A DNA stretch of 64,000 nucleotides from Candidatus Omnitrophota bacterium (GCA_028715645.1 JAQURK010000001.1:17806-81805); one strand, 5' to 3'; counted from the stretch's first letter, positions 8,011 to 18,942 are shown. Numbers and translations are program-made. The notes: generated from the sequence alone by a model not told the origin.

Positions 8011-10701
8011 CTATTGGCCAACTTTTATCCTTACGCAATGTATGTCAGAAGTGTTGTGGTGAAAATCATCTTCCCGGAGACTCGACCAAATTATACAAAT
8101 TCTATTACCTTGAGGATTGATGGCAATTTTGGGTCCACTCGTAACGCCGCTACCCCCGAATGTATAACCAGTATTAACATACTTATAAACCGGTATAGGT
8201 ACTGAATCAAAAGTCAATCCGCCATCTTCAGAAAAATTAAAGTACATAACAGTGCTCAATAAGTTTATCGTATAGGTCCATCTCGGATCAAAAAAATCCC
8301 CTACATAAGTAACATAGATATTGCCACTATCAGCCGCAACTAAAGAGGACATGCGATAATATGCACGACTGTCACTATATCCAAAGGGATTCATTAGGCT
8401 ATCTATAATTCTGCCATAGTCATCACCTATCGCTAGACAAACGGTTTGCCATTTCCAATGTTCATAGGACTCAACAAAATGCTTTTTACTCCAAATGGTG
8501 TAGATTTCATTATTAGCGCCAATTGCGATATCTGGATCATAGTTATATCCGCCAGAATATTCGTAATATGTATCAACCACTTTTGGTGTTTCAAAGTTAA
8601 GGCCATAATCTTGTGACCTTACCAATCTGATGTCGGTAACATATTCGGGCGGCACGGGCCCCAACACGTCTACACCATATACAAATCTTCCGTCTTTGCT
8701 GCACTCAATGTTGGCCACTGCCACTGCGCTGACTGGCCGTTCAAATGTTAAACCACCATCTATTGATCTTGCACAGTCACCTGAGGCTGACACATATACT
8801 ATATTACCTGATTCTGATACGGCTAAATCTGGATACGTACCATAAGCTAATGCTGCTATTTTATCGCTGAAAGTAATCCCTCCATCAGTAGATTTAATAA
8901 AATACGCTGCATTACTACCACGCCATACAATATAGATGTTGCCACTACCATCTGTGCGAATCTTTGGGAAACTGCCTGTTTCAATAGCCTTCCTTAAAAC
9001 ATTCCATGTAATCCCTCCATCATTTGACTTATCAAAATAAATTTTGCCGTCCCTATTATTTTGCCAAACCGCATAAACTGTGCCTTCAAATATTGCTATA
9101 TCTGGCATTGTTTCAGCGGGATCATTTGTCACTTGAATATTTGGGCTTATATCAATGTTTGGTCTGAGTCGTTGGTAATAAATACGCCCACTCGCGTATC
9201 CGGAATTGCCTGCCGCATCTTTGGTCTCTACAGTAATTGTATTTTCTCCTTCTACAAAATCGCCAACGTAACAACTCCAGGTTGTAGTATCAGGATAACT
9301 TACGGGTCTTACATATAAAGATGGGGCTGTAACTGTAATCGGCGCATTGAGCTCTCTTGCCCCTCCTATAATTTGGCCATCTAAGCTGGTAGAATAATTT
9401 CCGACGGTAACAGTTGGTGGGGTTGTATCCAGGATTATGGTATCGCTAAAGACCTGCGACCAGTTACCGGCCCTGTCAGAGAATTTCACAAATACAGTTT
9501 TTTGGCTATCGCCGGTATATAAACCCCAACTTGCCGCTGTTGAATAAGGTCTGGACGTAGACCAATTTACGCCGTCATTTGAAAATTTCATATCCGCCAG
9601 GCCTGAGCCGCCTTGGTTATCTTGCGCGGCCAAATTTAATATAACTGATACTGAATTTGTGTATTGGGCGTCATTGTTTATTTTTATTGAGCCGGTAGGG
9701 GGCGTTACATCAGAAGATGCTATACTCCAGGTCCCTTTCAGCACATAGCCGCTATAGGCGTTCTGTTTATCGCGTGCAAATAGATACATGTTCTTTTGTC
9801 CTAAAAATGCCGCTTTATATGCAACATTCCACTTCATGGTAAGGGTAGTACCGCTTCTTGAAACGGTTGTTTTTGAGCAATCAAGCTTGCCCCGTGTCAT
9901 CTGGATGATATTGCTTGAACCAGGGGCATAGCCGCCTGTCCAGCCTACACCATCACTTGCGTATAATTTGTTCTCTGGCTGATTGTAGTATACAGCGAAG
10001 CCATTTGGAAAGGTTGCGGTGGTATTTACCAAAAATAGGGCATGGGCTATATCCTGGTAGCCGTTTTGGTCACTGTAGGTAGCGGTGAATTCAACTGCTT
10101 GCTCCGCAATGCTTGAGCCGCTTGAAGGGGTAATTGTGCCGACAGTGGGTGGTTGATTTAACATAATATTCCATGTCCCTTTTAGTATATAATCACTTTT
10201 AGCGCCCTGTTTATCGCGTGCAAATAGATACATGTTCTTTTGTCCTAAAAATGCCGCTTTATATGTAACATTCCACTTTATAGTAAGGGTGGCGCCGCTT
10301 CTAGAAATGGTCGTATTTAAGCAATTAAGCGAGCCTTGTGTATTGCTGATTATGTTGTTAGAACCGGGGGCAAACCCGCCTGTCCATGCTGTTCCATTGT
10401 CACTTCGTAGGTATAATTTGTTCGTTGGCTGATCATAGTATGCAAGGAAGCAGTTTGTATTGCTTGTGTAGGTGGTATTTACAAAAAATAGGGCATGCTG
10501 TATGTCCTGATAGCCGTTTTGGTCTATATAGGTAGTGGTAAATTCAACTGTTGTGTTAGCAATGCTTGAGCTATTAGAAGGCGTGATTGTGCCGACAGTG
10601 GGCGCGTAGTTCAAAGCCGCCGCATAGCAAATACCAGACAATCCCGCGTAAATACTAAAGCTAACAACAGCAAGCAAAATCTTAAATTTTAAGTTTTTCA
10701 T
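8011..10701 (-). CDS. Secreted multidomain protein: signal peptide, two tandem ~150-aa repeats, Ig-like middle region, C-terminal BNR/Asp-box beta-propeller
   Basis: N-terminal signal peptide. Repeats over about aa 33-184 and 185-333 share conserved blocks (PTVGTITPS, YKAAFLGQKNMYLFARDKQ). The C-terminal half has four Asp-box motifs (SNDGGITW, STDGGITF, SIDGGLTF, SEDGGLTF). No sialidase RIP motif was seen. Confidence 0.8.
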   Translation of the reverse strand: MKNLKFKILLAVVSFSIYAGLSGICYAAALNYAPTVGTITPSNSSSIANTTVEFTTTYIDQNGYQDIQHALFFVNTTYTSNTNCFLAYYDQPTNKLYLRSDNGTAWTGGFAPGSNNIISNTQGSLNCLNTTISRSGATLTIKWNVTYKAAFLGQKNMYLFARDKQGAKSDYILKGTWNIMLNQPPTVGTITPSSGSSIAEQAVEFTATYSDQNGYQDIAHALFLVNTTATFPNGFAVYYNQPENKLYASDGVGWTGGYAPGSSNIIQMTRGKLDCSKTTVSRSGTTLTMKWNVAYKAAFLGQKNMYLFARDKQNAYSGYVLKGTWSIASSDVTPPTGSIKINNDAQYTNSVSVILNLAAQDNQGGSGLADMKFSNDGVNWSTSRPYSTAASWGLYTGDSQKTVFVKFSDRAGNWSQVFSDTIILDTTPPTVTVGNYSTSLDGQIIGGARELNAPITVTAPSLYVRPVSYPDTTTWSCYVGDFVEGENTITVETKDAAGNSGYASGRIYYQRLRPNIDISPNIQVTNDPAETMPDIAIFEGTVYAVWQNNRDGKIYFDKSNDGGITWNVLRKAIETGSFPKIRTDGSGNIYIVWRGSNAAYFIKSTDGGITFSDKIAALAYGTYPDLAVSESGNIVYVSASGDCARSIDGGLTFERPVSAVAVANIECSKDGRFVYGVDVLGPVPPEYVTDIRLVRSQDYGLNFETPKVVDTYYEYSGGYNYDPDIAIGANNEIYTIWSKKHFVESYEHWKWQTVCLAIGDDYGRIIDSLMNPFGYSDSRAYYRMSSLVAADSGNIYVTYVGDFFDPRWTYTINLLSTVMYFNFSEDGGLTFDSVPIPVYKYVNTGYTFGGSGVTSGPKIAINPQGNRICIIWSSLREDDFHHNTSDIHCVRIKVGQ

Positions 10702-10803
10702 TGTAGTTCTCCTTGTTTTTATATATCTTTTTAAACTAATTTATTACCAACACAAAAAAAATTAATCTGTACTCTTAAGTCTATCTCTAGCCTTCTGTAA
10801 GAG

Positions 10804-10831
10804 AGTATAGCACATAATTTGTATTTGTCAA
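10804..10831 (-). promoter_or_regulatory. Consensus sigma70 promoter for the 896-aa protein gene
   Basis: Minus strand: TTGACA (10831-10826), a 16-nt spacer, TATACT (10809-10804). AAGGAGAA sits 7 nt before the ATG at 10701. Confidence 0.5.
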
Positions 10832-10885
10832 GTAAATCTTTCTAACTTTTTTAAAGTATAACACCTGTGCGCTATTTACCCACTC

Positions 10886-10930
10886 GTTAATCTACTTTGT
10901 TAATCAGCGGGAGGCAGAGGAAGGTGGTGA
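10886..10930. repeat. Direct repeat copy B (att-like), lying at the 3' end of the MFS transporter CDS
   Basis: GTTAATCTACTTTGTTAATCAGcGgGAGGCAGAGGAAGGTGGTGA. It encodes the last residues ...TTFLCLPLINKVD* of ORF 10887..11900. Confidence 0.7.
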
Positions 10931-11900
10931 AGGCGGAGGCGATGATGAGGCCTTTTAGGCCGATTATTGGTAAAAGGTAGGCGCCCGAAAGATTGCTGGA
11001 CACAAGGGCAAGGTTGCTTATGCTGGCGAGGAACGCGAAAGAAGTGGCCTCAAGGCCATTCACCGTCTTTCGCGCCATTAGGTCCATTATCATAAGGAAG
11101 ATAAACATGCCCATGAGGTTATACAATATGTCGTAGAGAATGGCGGTTACCGGCGTATAATAAAGGTAGCTAATAGTTGTCACGGCGCCTAAAAAAACTG
11201 AAAAATAAAGCCACTTTTTAAGATTGATCCGCTGGCTGAATTTGTAATAAAGCAAAGAGCCCACTATTCCGAAAACAGTGCTTATGGTGCCGAGGGTCCC
11301 TATCCATACCTTCCCCCATTTAAACACATCCCTCTGTATGAAAAATAGCGGCGTGCCGAATGAAGGCGAATATTTGTAAAGAAATATAAATATACCGACG
11401 ATCAGTATTTTTTTATCGGCAAATATTTTTTTCAGGTCGGCAAAAAAAGAAGAGCTGATTTTCCGGCCCCCATCGTCTTCCCTGTAAAAATGAGCGATTA
11501 GCCCTACTATGACATAGACAGGCACAAGGCATAAAAAGGCCTCCCTGTACCCCCATCTTTGAGCGATATATCCGCCGCCTATGCCTGTCAGCATCACCGC
11601 CACTGAAATAGATATCCATTGGACGCTCTGTATCTTTCCGGTTGTCTTATTGCGCTTACCCTCCACGCACATGATCCCGTCGGTGGCGACGTCCCTGAAC
11701 GCGGCATTCGCCGAATTAAGGAGCATAAGCCCGATTAGAAGGGCGATAGGCAAAAAAGCAAGCCCAAGCACAAGGACTATAATTATATCCAGCGCCAGGG
11801 AAATAAAGATCCATATTTTTTTATTAAAATAGTTATCTATGACATAGCCGATCGCCGGTTTTATCAGCCACGCGAAGGTGGTAATACTGGAGATGACCAT
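10887..11900 (-). CDS. Multi-pass membrane transporter (MFS/BT1-like)
   Basis: About 10 hydrophobic segments, Gly-rich loops, transporter-like. The N-terminus may extend upstream through a non-ATG start, as there is no in-frame stop directly upstream. Confidence 0.6.
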   Translation of the reverse strand: MVISSITTFAWLIKPAIGYVIDNYFNKKIWIFISLALDIIIVLVLGLAFLPIALLIGLMLLNSANAAFRDVATDGIMCVEGKRNKTTGKIQSVQWISISVAVMLTGIGGGYIAQRWGYREAFLCLVPVYVIVGLIAHFYREDDGGRKISSSFFADLKKIFADKKILIVGIFIFLYKYSPSFGTPLFFIQRDVFKWGKVWIGTLGTISTVFGIVGSLLYYKFSQRINLKKWLYFSVFLGAVTTISYLYYTPVTAILYDILYNLMGMFIFLMIMDLMARKTVNGLEATSFAFLASISNLALVSSNLSGAYLLPIIGLKGLIIASAFTTFLCLPLINKVD

Positions 11901-12024
11901 GATCTTTTCGGGCGAGAAATTGAGGGTTTCCTTGAGGTAATAAAAAAGGCCTTGCGAGGGAAGGCCTTCGATGCCCTGTGTAAAATATACGACGCTGCTT
12001 AAGGCATAAATCCAGAACGATCTC

Positions 12025-12369
12025 TTATTCAGTCTTGGGCGCCTCCTGTTTTACCGGCGGGATAGCGATTGGCAAAGCGGCCTTCGTTTCAGCGCCGCCA
12101 ATGGCCTTTTTAACACGCTGGGTCTCCATGAGAGACCTGGATCTGTGAGTTGAAAGCGCGGCAAGGCTCAGGCAGGTAAGTAAAAAGATGACCGCGCTCA
12201 CAGAGGTCGCCTTCTGCAAAAATTTCGCGGCCGATGTCCCAAAAAATGTCTGGGTTGAGCTGATCCCGAAGGTATCGCTTAATCCCCCTCCCCTTCCGGC
12301 CTGAAGCAGTATGACAAGGATTAAAACCACAGAAACTATTACGTGAATTACAATAAGTAACGCGTACAT
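12025..12369 (-). CDS. secG: Preprotein translocase subunit SecG
   Basis: Two TM segments and the LLQAGRGGGLSDTFG motif typical of SecG. It lies downstream of tpiA, the classical position. Confidence 0.85.
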   Translation of the reverse strand: MYALLIVIHVIVSVVLILVILLQAGRGGGLSDTFGISSTQTFFGTSAAKFLQKATSVSAVIFLLTCLSLAALSTHRSRSLMETQRVKKAIGGAETKAALPIAIPPVKQEAPKTE

Positions 12370-12395
12370 TTCCTTTTCACCTCTTTTAATTAAGA

Positions 12396-13226
12396 TTACG
12401 CCCGTTTATCCGCGGCCCGCCTTACTATCTCGGTAAAGGTATCGACTTTAAGGCTGGCGCCGCCGACGAGCGCGCCATCAACGTCAGGTTTATCAAGCAG
12501 TGACGAGATATTCTCGGGCGTCACGCTGCCGCCGTATTGTATCCTGACAGCGGAGGCGGCCTCCTTCGAATACTGTCTGCCTATAATTTTCCTTATAAAG
12601 GCATGGACCTCTTCGGCCTGTTCCGGCGTAGCGGTCTTGCCCGTGCCTATAGCCCAAACGGGCTCATAGGCGAAAATCGTGTTTAAAATCTCTTTTTCGG
12701 TAATTGCCTTAAGGGCGCCCTGGACGTGGTCCTCTACCACTTTAAAGGTATCACCGGCCTCCCTTTCAGCCAGCCTTTCGCCAACGCATACTATCGGCGT
12801 AAGCCCGCCGGCAAGGGCGCGTTTCAATTTTTTATTCACCGAGTCATTGGTCTCATTGAAAAATTGCCTTCTCTCGGAATGCCCTATGATCACGTAATCG
12901 GCGCCCGCATCCTTGAGCATTGAAACGGATATCTCTCCTGTATATGCGCCTTTTTCCTCCCAAAAAAGATCCTGGCCGCCTGTCTTTATAGATGAACCCT
13001 TAAGCGCATTCGAGGTTTCGCTTAATGACGTAAACGGCGGGCATACCACCATATCAACACCTTTTACGCCTGACAGGTTCTTTTTAAGCCCGTTAACGAG
13101 TTCAAACGCCTCTTTAATGGTCTTGTTCATTTTCCAATTCCCGGCAATAATGGGTTTTCTCATAAAATTTTCGAAGAAAATTTTATCCCGAGCTGCCATT
13201 GCTTTCATCAGGCAGCGAGGGATCAA
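12396..13226 (-). CDS. tpiA: Triose-phosphate isomerase
   Basis: IIAGNWKMN, IIGHSERR and AYEPVWAIGTG motifs. The true start is probably the internal MRKPIIAGNWKMN near 13160. Confidence 0.9.
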   Translation of the reverse strand: MIPRCLMKAMAARDKIFFENFMRKPIIAGNWKMNKTIKEAFELVNGLKKNLSGVKGVDMVVCPPFTSLSETSNALKGSSIKTGGQDLFWEEKGAYTGEISVSMLKDAGADYVIIGHSERRQFFNETNDSVNKKLKRALAGGLTPIVCVGERLAEREAGDTFKVVEDHVQGALKAITEKEILNTIFAYEPVWAIGTGKTATPEQAEEVHAFIRKIIGRQYSKEAASAVRIQYGGSVTPENISSLLDKPDVDGALVGGASLKVDTFTEIVRRAADKRA

Positions 13227-14407
13227 CTATCCTGTAACGCGGCGATCCCCGGGAGGGTTTTCCCTTCCAGATATTCGAGCGAAGCGCCGCCGCCCGTCGA
13301 GATATGCGACATCTTTGCCTCCAGGCCAAATTTTGCTATAGCTGCCGCGGTATCTCCGCCGCCTATTATCGTGGTAGCCTTCAGGCCTGAGATAAACTTC
13401 GCGATCTCCCTTGAGCCTTTATCAAAGGGGGGCATCTCAAAGACGCCAAGCGGGCCGTTCCATATGATTGTCTTGGCGTTTTTTAGTTCTTCTTCAAATA
13501 ATTTTACCGTCTTAGGGCCGATATCAAGCCCCATCAGGCCGGCAGGGATAGCGGCATCCTTTGTAACCTCTACTCTGGCGGAGGGCTCCAATTTATCCGC
13601 GGCAACATGATCTACAGGTAAAAGGATCTTTACCGAACTTTTCTTCGCGTCCAGAAGGATCTCGCTTGCCAGCCCTGCCTTGTCCGCCTCCAGTTTCGAT
13701 TTCCCTATCTCTATGCCCTTCGCCTTAAGTAAGGTATATGCCATGCCGCCGCCAATCAGGATGGCATCCACCTTTTTCATAAGATTTTTGATGACCTCTA
13801 TCTTATCAGAGACCTTCGCCCCCCCAAGGATGGCGACATAGGGTTTCGCGGGATTGCTGACCGCCTTCTCAAAATACTCTATTTCTTTCTGGACAAGGAA
13901 TCCGGAGACGGAAGCGAGATACCTGGTAACGCCTTCTGTGGAGGCGTGGGCCCTGTGCGCCGTCCCAAAGGCGTCGTTTACATAGACGTCGCCTAGCGAG
14001 GCCAGTGACTTGGCAAAACCGGGGTCGTTTGCCTCTTCTTCCTTATGAACCCGCACGTTTTCAAGCATTACCACATCGCCGGGCTTCATTGCGCCGGTGA
14101 TTTTTTTTACCTCATCGCCCACGCAATCAGGCGCCATTTTTACGGGCCTCCCGATCAATTCGCTTAACCGCTGGGCAACCGGCCTCAAACTGAACTTGGG
14201 CTCCGGCCCTCCCTTCGGCCTGCCCAGATGGCTCATGAGGATCACCTTCGCCCTCTGGCCAATCGCGTATTCTATTGTCGGAACCGCTGCCCTTATCCGC
14301 GCGTCATCTGTGATATTCAGATTCTCATCCTGCGGAACATTAAAATCCACGCGCATGATGACCCTTTTATTTTTTATGTCAACATCCCTTATGCTTTTTT
14401 TATTCAT
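13223..14407 (-). CDS. pgk: Phosphoglycerate kinase
   Basis: 394 aa, PGK family signatures throughout (RVDFNVP..., GGGASLE...). Confidence 0.95.
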   Translation of the reverse strand: MNKKSIRDVDIKNKRVIMRVDFNVPQDENLNITDDARIRAAVPTIEYAIGQRAKVILMSHLGRPKGGPEPKFSLRPVAQRLSELIGRPVKMAPDCVGDEVKKITGAMKPGDVVMLENVRVHKEEEANDPGFAKSLASLGDVYVNDAFGTAHRAHASTEGVTRYLASVSGFLVQKEIEYFEKAVSNPAKPYVAILGGAKVSDKIEVIKNLMKKVDAILIGGGMAYTLLKAKGIEIGKSKLEADKAGLASEILLDAKKSSVKILLPVDHVAADKLEPSARVEVTKDAAIPAGLMGLDIGPKTVKLFEEELKNAKTIIWNGPLGVFEMPPFDKGSREIAKFISGLKATTIIGGGDTAAAIAKFGLEAKMSHISTGGGASLEYLEGKTLPGIAALQDS

Positions 14408-14416
14408 ACGCGGCCC

Positions 14417-15554
<1,138 letters not shown>

Positions 15555-15563
15555 ACTAACAAC

Positions 15564-16559
15564 TTATTTAGCTTCCCTCAATGTTTTTGCCGCCAATTCA
15601 GGCGGTGTTGGATTTATATAAAAACCTGTCCCCCATTCGAAACCCGCCACTCTGGTAATCCTTGGCATGATCTCGATGTGCCAGTGATAATCATCCCTTG
15701 CCAGATCATCGAGCGGAGTACTGTGCAGTATATAGTTATAAGCGGGATCATTAAGAAGTTTCTTGATCCTGGAAAGGGTGTCTTTGAATATGGACGCCAG
15801 ATCATTAATCCCCTCGACCTGGATTTGAGGAAAATCCGAGACGTGTTCTTTCGGAATTATCCAGGTCTCATAAGGGAACCTTGAAACAAACGGGGTAAAG
15901 GACAAAAAGCTCTTGTTCTCCGTAATCGTCAATTCCTTTTCCTGCAGCTCCTGCCTTATCATGTCGCAGTAAACGCATCTTTCCCGGTAACCGAAATATT
16001 TCTCGGCGCCCTCTATCTCGCCTACAACCCGCTTTGGCGCGAATGGGAGGGCGATGAGCTGTGAATGAGGGTGGTCGAGCGAGGCGCCGGCGGTAAAACC
16101 GTAATTCTTGAAGATCAGGATATACTTAAACCGCTTGTCTTTTCTAAGATCCAGGCTCCTGTCCCTGTATGCCCAAAGCATGTCCCTGATTTGAGATTCG
16201 TCCCTGTCCGCTATCTCAGACTCATGGTTTGGCGTATCTATGATAACCTCATGCGCCCCGACGCCGTTCATCAAGTCAAAAACGCCGATGCCGACCCTGT
16301 TCAAGTCGCCTTCTATCTGAAGGGCGGGGAATTTGTTTGGCACCACCCTGACATCCCATCCCGGGGTATTCTTTTCCCTTTTGTGCTTGCTATAGGCCAT
16401 GATCTCAGGCGGCGTCATCTTCTCATTGCCGTTGCAAAACGCGCAGACGCCGGCCTTCTTTGGCGAAGGCACGGACTTATAAAAGTCCGGGCCCTTTGGG
16501 CTGTCATTGTTTATTATGATCCATCTTCCCGTTATCGGGTCTCTTCTTAATTCAGGCAT
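15564..16559 (-). CDS. Galactose-1-phosphate uridylyltransferase-like HIT-family nucleotidyltransferase (paralog 1)
   Basis: MPELRRDPITGRWIII, CAFCNGNE...TPPE zinc site, and the HPH-type motif DHPHSQL typical of GalT. Confidence 0.7.
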   Translation of the reverse strand: MPELRRDPITGRWIIINNDSPKGPDFYKSVPSPKKAGVCAFCNGNEKMTPPEIMAYSKHKREKNTPGWDVRVVPNKFPALQIEGDLNRVGIGVFDLMNGVGAHEVIIDTPNHESEIADRDESQIRDMLWAYRDRSLDLRKDKRFKYILIFKNYGFTAGASLDHPHSQLIALPFAPKRVVGEIEGAEKYFGYRERCVYCDMIRQELQEKELTITENKSFLSFTPFVSRFPYETWIIPKEHVSDFPQIQVEGINDLASIFKDTLSRIKKLLNDPAYNYILHSTPLDDLARDDYHWHIEIMPRITRVAGFEWGTGFYINPTPPELAAKTLREAK

Positions 16560-16563
16560 TTTA

Positions 16564-17577
16564 TTATATCTCCAGTTCCTTCAGATATTTGGCAGCTTCT
16601 TCCGGGGGCGTAGGATTGATATAAACGCCGGTCCCCCATTCAAAACCCGCTACACGGGTTAACTTCGGGATAATCTCTATGTGCCAATGGTAGTCGTCCT
16701 CTATAGTCCTCCAGTACCCGGACTTTCTGCCTACCCTGAAGGGGGCCGTATGGATAATGTAATTATAGGGCGGGTCGCCAAGCGCGACCTTTAATTTTGA
16801 GAGGGTGATCTTAAGAACCCTTGCCAGGTCAAGCCTTGAGGCCTCTGGAAGCCGCGGAAAATCGCAGCTGTGGTCTTTTGGCAATATCCATACCTCAAAC
16901 GGAAACCTTGAGGCGAACGGGGCAATGGCCACAAACCCGTCCATTTCCAATATTATTCTGTCCTGAGCGTCCAATTCCTGTTTTAATATATCGCAAAAAA
17001 CGCATCTGTCCTTATAGTCAAAATACCGCTTGGCGCCGGCAAGCTCTTCCTTTACAAGTTTCGGATTTACAGGCGTGGCTATCAGCTGTGAGCGCGAATG
17101 CCTGTACATGGATTCGCCGTAATTCTTGAATATAAGCACATATTTTAACCTTGTGTCCTTTTCCAGATCGGCGATCCTGTTGATGTATGTGTCTATCATC
17201 TGTTTGATCTGCTCAGGCGGCAATTCGGCAAGATGCGCGATATGTTTAGGCGTTTCAATGACTATCTCATGCGCCCCGACGCCGTTCATAAGATCATAAA
17301 GCCCCTTACCGCGGCGGTTCAATTTGCCTTCTATGCGAAGTATGGGCGCTATGCTGGGCACGACACGGACGTTCCACCCGGGCTGATTTGGCTTTGTGCC
17401 CGGATTGCGTATCGCGAAAATTTCAGGAGGCGTCTTGTTCTCGCTGCCTTCGCAAAAAGGACAACCCTCATCCGGTACCTGTTCCTTCTTGGACAAAAAA
17501 TCTTCAGGCCTTTTAGCGCGTTCCGCTGCTATGATGACCCATCTGCCTGTTATCGGGTCCCTTCTTAATTGCGGCAT
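16564..17577 (-). CDS. Galactose-1-phosphate uridylyltransferase-like HIT-family nucleotidyltransferase (paralog 2)
   Basis: MPQLRRDPITGRWVII, CPFCEGSE...TPPE. Collinear with the downstream paralog, diverged tandem duplicate. Confidence 0.7.
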   Translation of the reverse strand: MPQLRRDPITGRWVIIAAERAKRPEDFLSKKEQVPDEGCPFCEGSENKTPPEIFAIRNPGTKPNQPGWNVRVVPSIAPILRIEGKLNRRGKGLYDLMNGVGAHEIVIETPKHIAHLAELPPEQIKQMIDTYINRIADLEKDTRLKYVLIFKNYGESMYRHSRSQLIATPVNPKLVKEELAGAKRYFDYKDRCVFCDILKQELDAQDRIILEMDGFVAIAPFASRFPFEVWILPKDHSCDFPRLPEASRLDLARVLKITLSKLKVALGDPPYNYIIHTAPFRVGRKSGYWRTIEDDYHWHIEIIPKLTRVAGFEWGTGVYINPTPPEEAAKYLKELEI

Positions 17578-17581
17578 CTTG

Positions 17582-18889
17582 CTATTTCCTCTCCAGTATA
17601 TGTAAAAAATCCCCCGAGTCTACCACACCCAGGATATTACCCTCATCATCCTGAACAATTATAACATCGGCGTCTTTTCCCCTCAAGTCTTTTAAAACAT
17701 CGCCAAGTAATCTGTCGCCCGAAACAACGATTACCTTTTTTCTTATAAGTTCTTTAATGGGCGTGCCCAGGCCTTCGTCGGCCTTTTGCGCCGCCGCGCG
17801 CTCATGAGGCTTGACGGTTTCCGACAACCGTTCCTTTATATATTCATAAAAGGTCGTAATGAGGATGCGCTTATAGCTTATCGCCATCGGGAAAAACGGT
17901 TTTCCCTCGATAAAATTCAGATGGCTTTCAAGAGTCGTTTGGCCCGTGCGCGGATCTATCGTCAAAAGATATCTTAGCGAACTGTCGGGCACTTCCTCCT
18001 CTTTCCCCTCGGGTATTGCCGAAAGATATGTGAGCCTGCAGGCGTCTTCCGGCGTCATATATAGATCCTGGAAATTCCCTTTTATATAGGCGGCGAGGTC
18101 GCTGTCCTGATCTGTACATACAGGCACATATTTTTCCAGGGTATCGATGGCGTCCGCGAGAAAAACGCCCAGCGCGATATCTATGTTATGGAGGAGGCCC
18201 GCGTTTACTATGGCGGCGTCATCCGATTGTCCCGGCCCGAGTTTATACCTTATATAAAAATACCTGACTTTTTTGCCGTCTTTCTTTTCTTCTTCCGGCG
18301 CTACTATCAACCCCCGCGACTTAAATTCATCTATCTCATCCTCATGTTCCTGGTGCGCCAGGCTTTCGCCGTCCAAGCCCATCGCGGCCATAACGTCTAT
18401 GTCGACAAGAAAACATCTTCCATAACCGATGTTGACCTTGTAAATCTTCTCGGCCTCTTTTCTGGCCTCAGGGGTGTCCCTTAGGCCGCCCAGATAGATA
18501 CCATTTAAGATATCCCCGGGATTAATCTGCCTTGTCTTAAAGACGGGTATGCCCAGGATAGGGGTGCCTCTTTTCGCGACAAGCCTGCTTAATTTCTCGC
18601 CCGCGATGACCCTGTTCACAAAATCCTTTATCTCGTCTATAAGCTCCTGCCTTTTTTGTTTTATGAAATTCGGGTCCCTGTCCAGGGCCAATACGACGTC
18701 GTCTATAGTGGTATTTACATAGAATCTCTTATGAAAGGCGCCGGCGCCGTTATGGGCCCTGCCTTCCATCGACTGCATGAAGATAATTTCTTCAATGCGC
18801 GGTGTGGTATCCAGCCTTTCGTTCGTCCTGAGGTTTCTGAAGTCCGCCTGTATCAGATCCCTGGGCGCTATCTTCGAATCGTTTGGCAC
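17582..18889 (-). CDS. Hypothetical protein with C-terminal CBS domain
   Basis: 435 aa. The last ~60 aa are CBS-like (VIVVSGDRLLGDVL...ILGVVDSGDFLHILE). The ~370-aa N-terminal domain was not recognised. Same operon as the GalT-like pair. Confidence 0.6.
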   Translation of the reverse strand: MPNDSKIAPRDLIQADFRNLRTNERLDTTPRIEEIIFMQSMEGRAHNGAGAFHKRFYVNTTIDDVVLALDRDPNFIKQKRQELIDEIKDFVNRVIAGEKLSRLVAKRGTPILGIPVFKTRQINPGDILNGIYLGGLRDTPEARKEAEKIYKVNIGYGRCFLVDIDVMAAMGLDGESLAHQEHEDEIDEFKSRGLIVAPEEEKKDGKKVRYFYIRYKLGPGQSDDAAIVNAGLLHNIDIALGVFLADAIDTLEKYVPVCTDQDSDLAAYIKGNFQDLYMTPEDACRLTYLSAIPEGKEEEVPDSSLRYLLTIDPRTGQTTLESHLNFIEGKPFFPMAISYKRILITTFYEYIKERLSETVKPHERAAAQKADEGLGTPIKELIRKKVIVVSGDRLLGDVLKDLRGKDADVIIVQDDEGNILGVVDSGDFLHILERK

Positions 18890-18942
18890 AATGCGTTAAT
18901 TATAACATAATATATTAACTTTGCAAGTAGATAAATTGAGGT

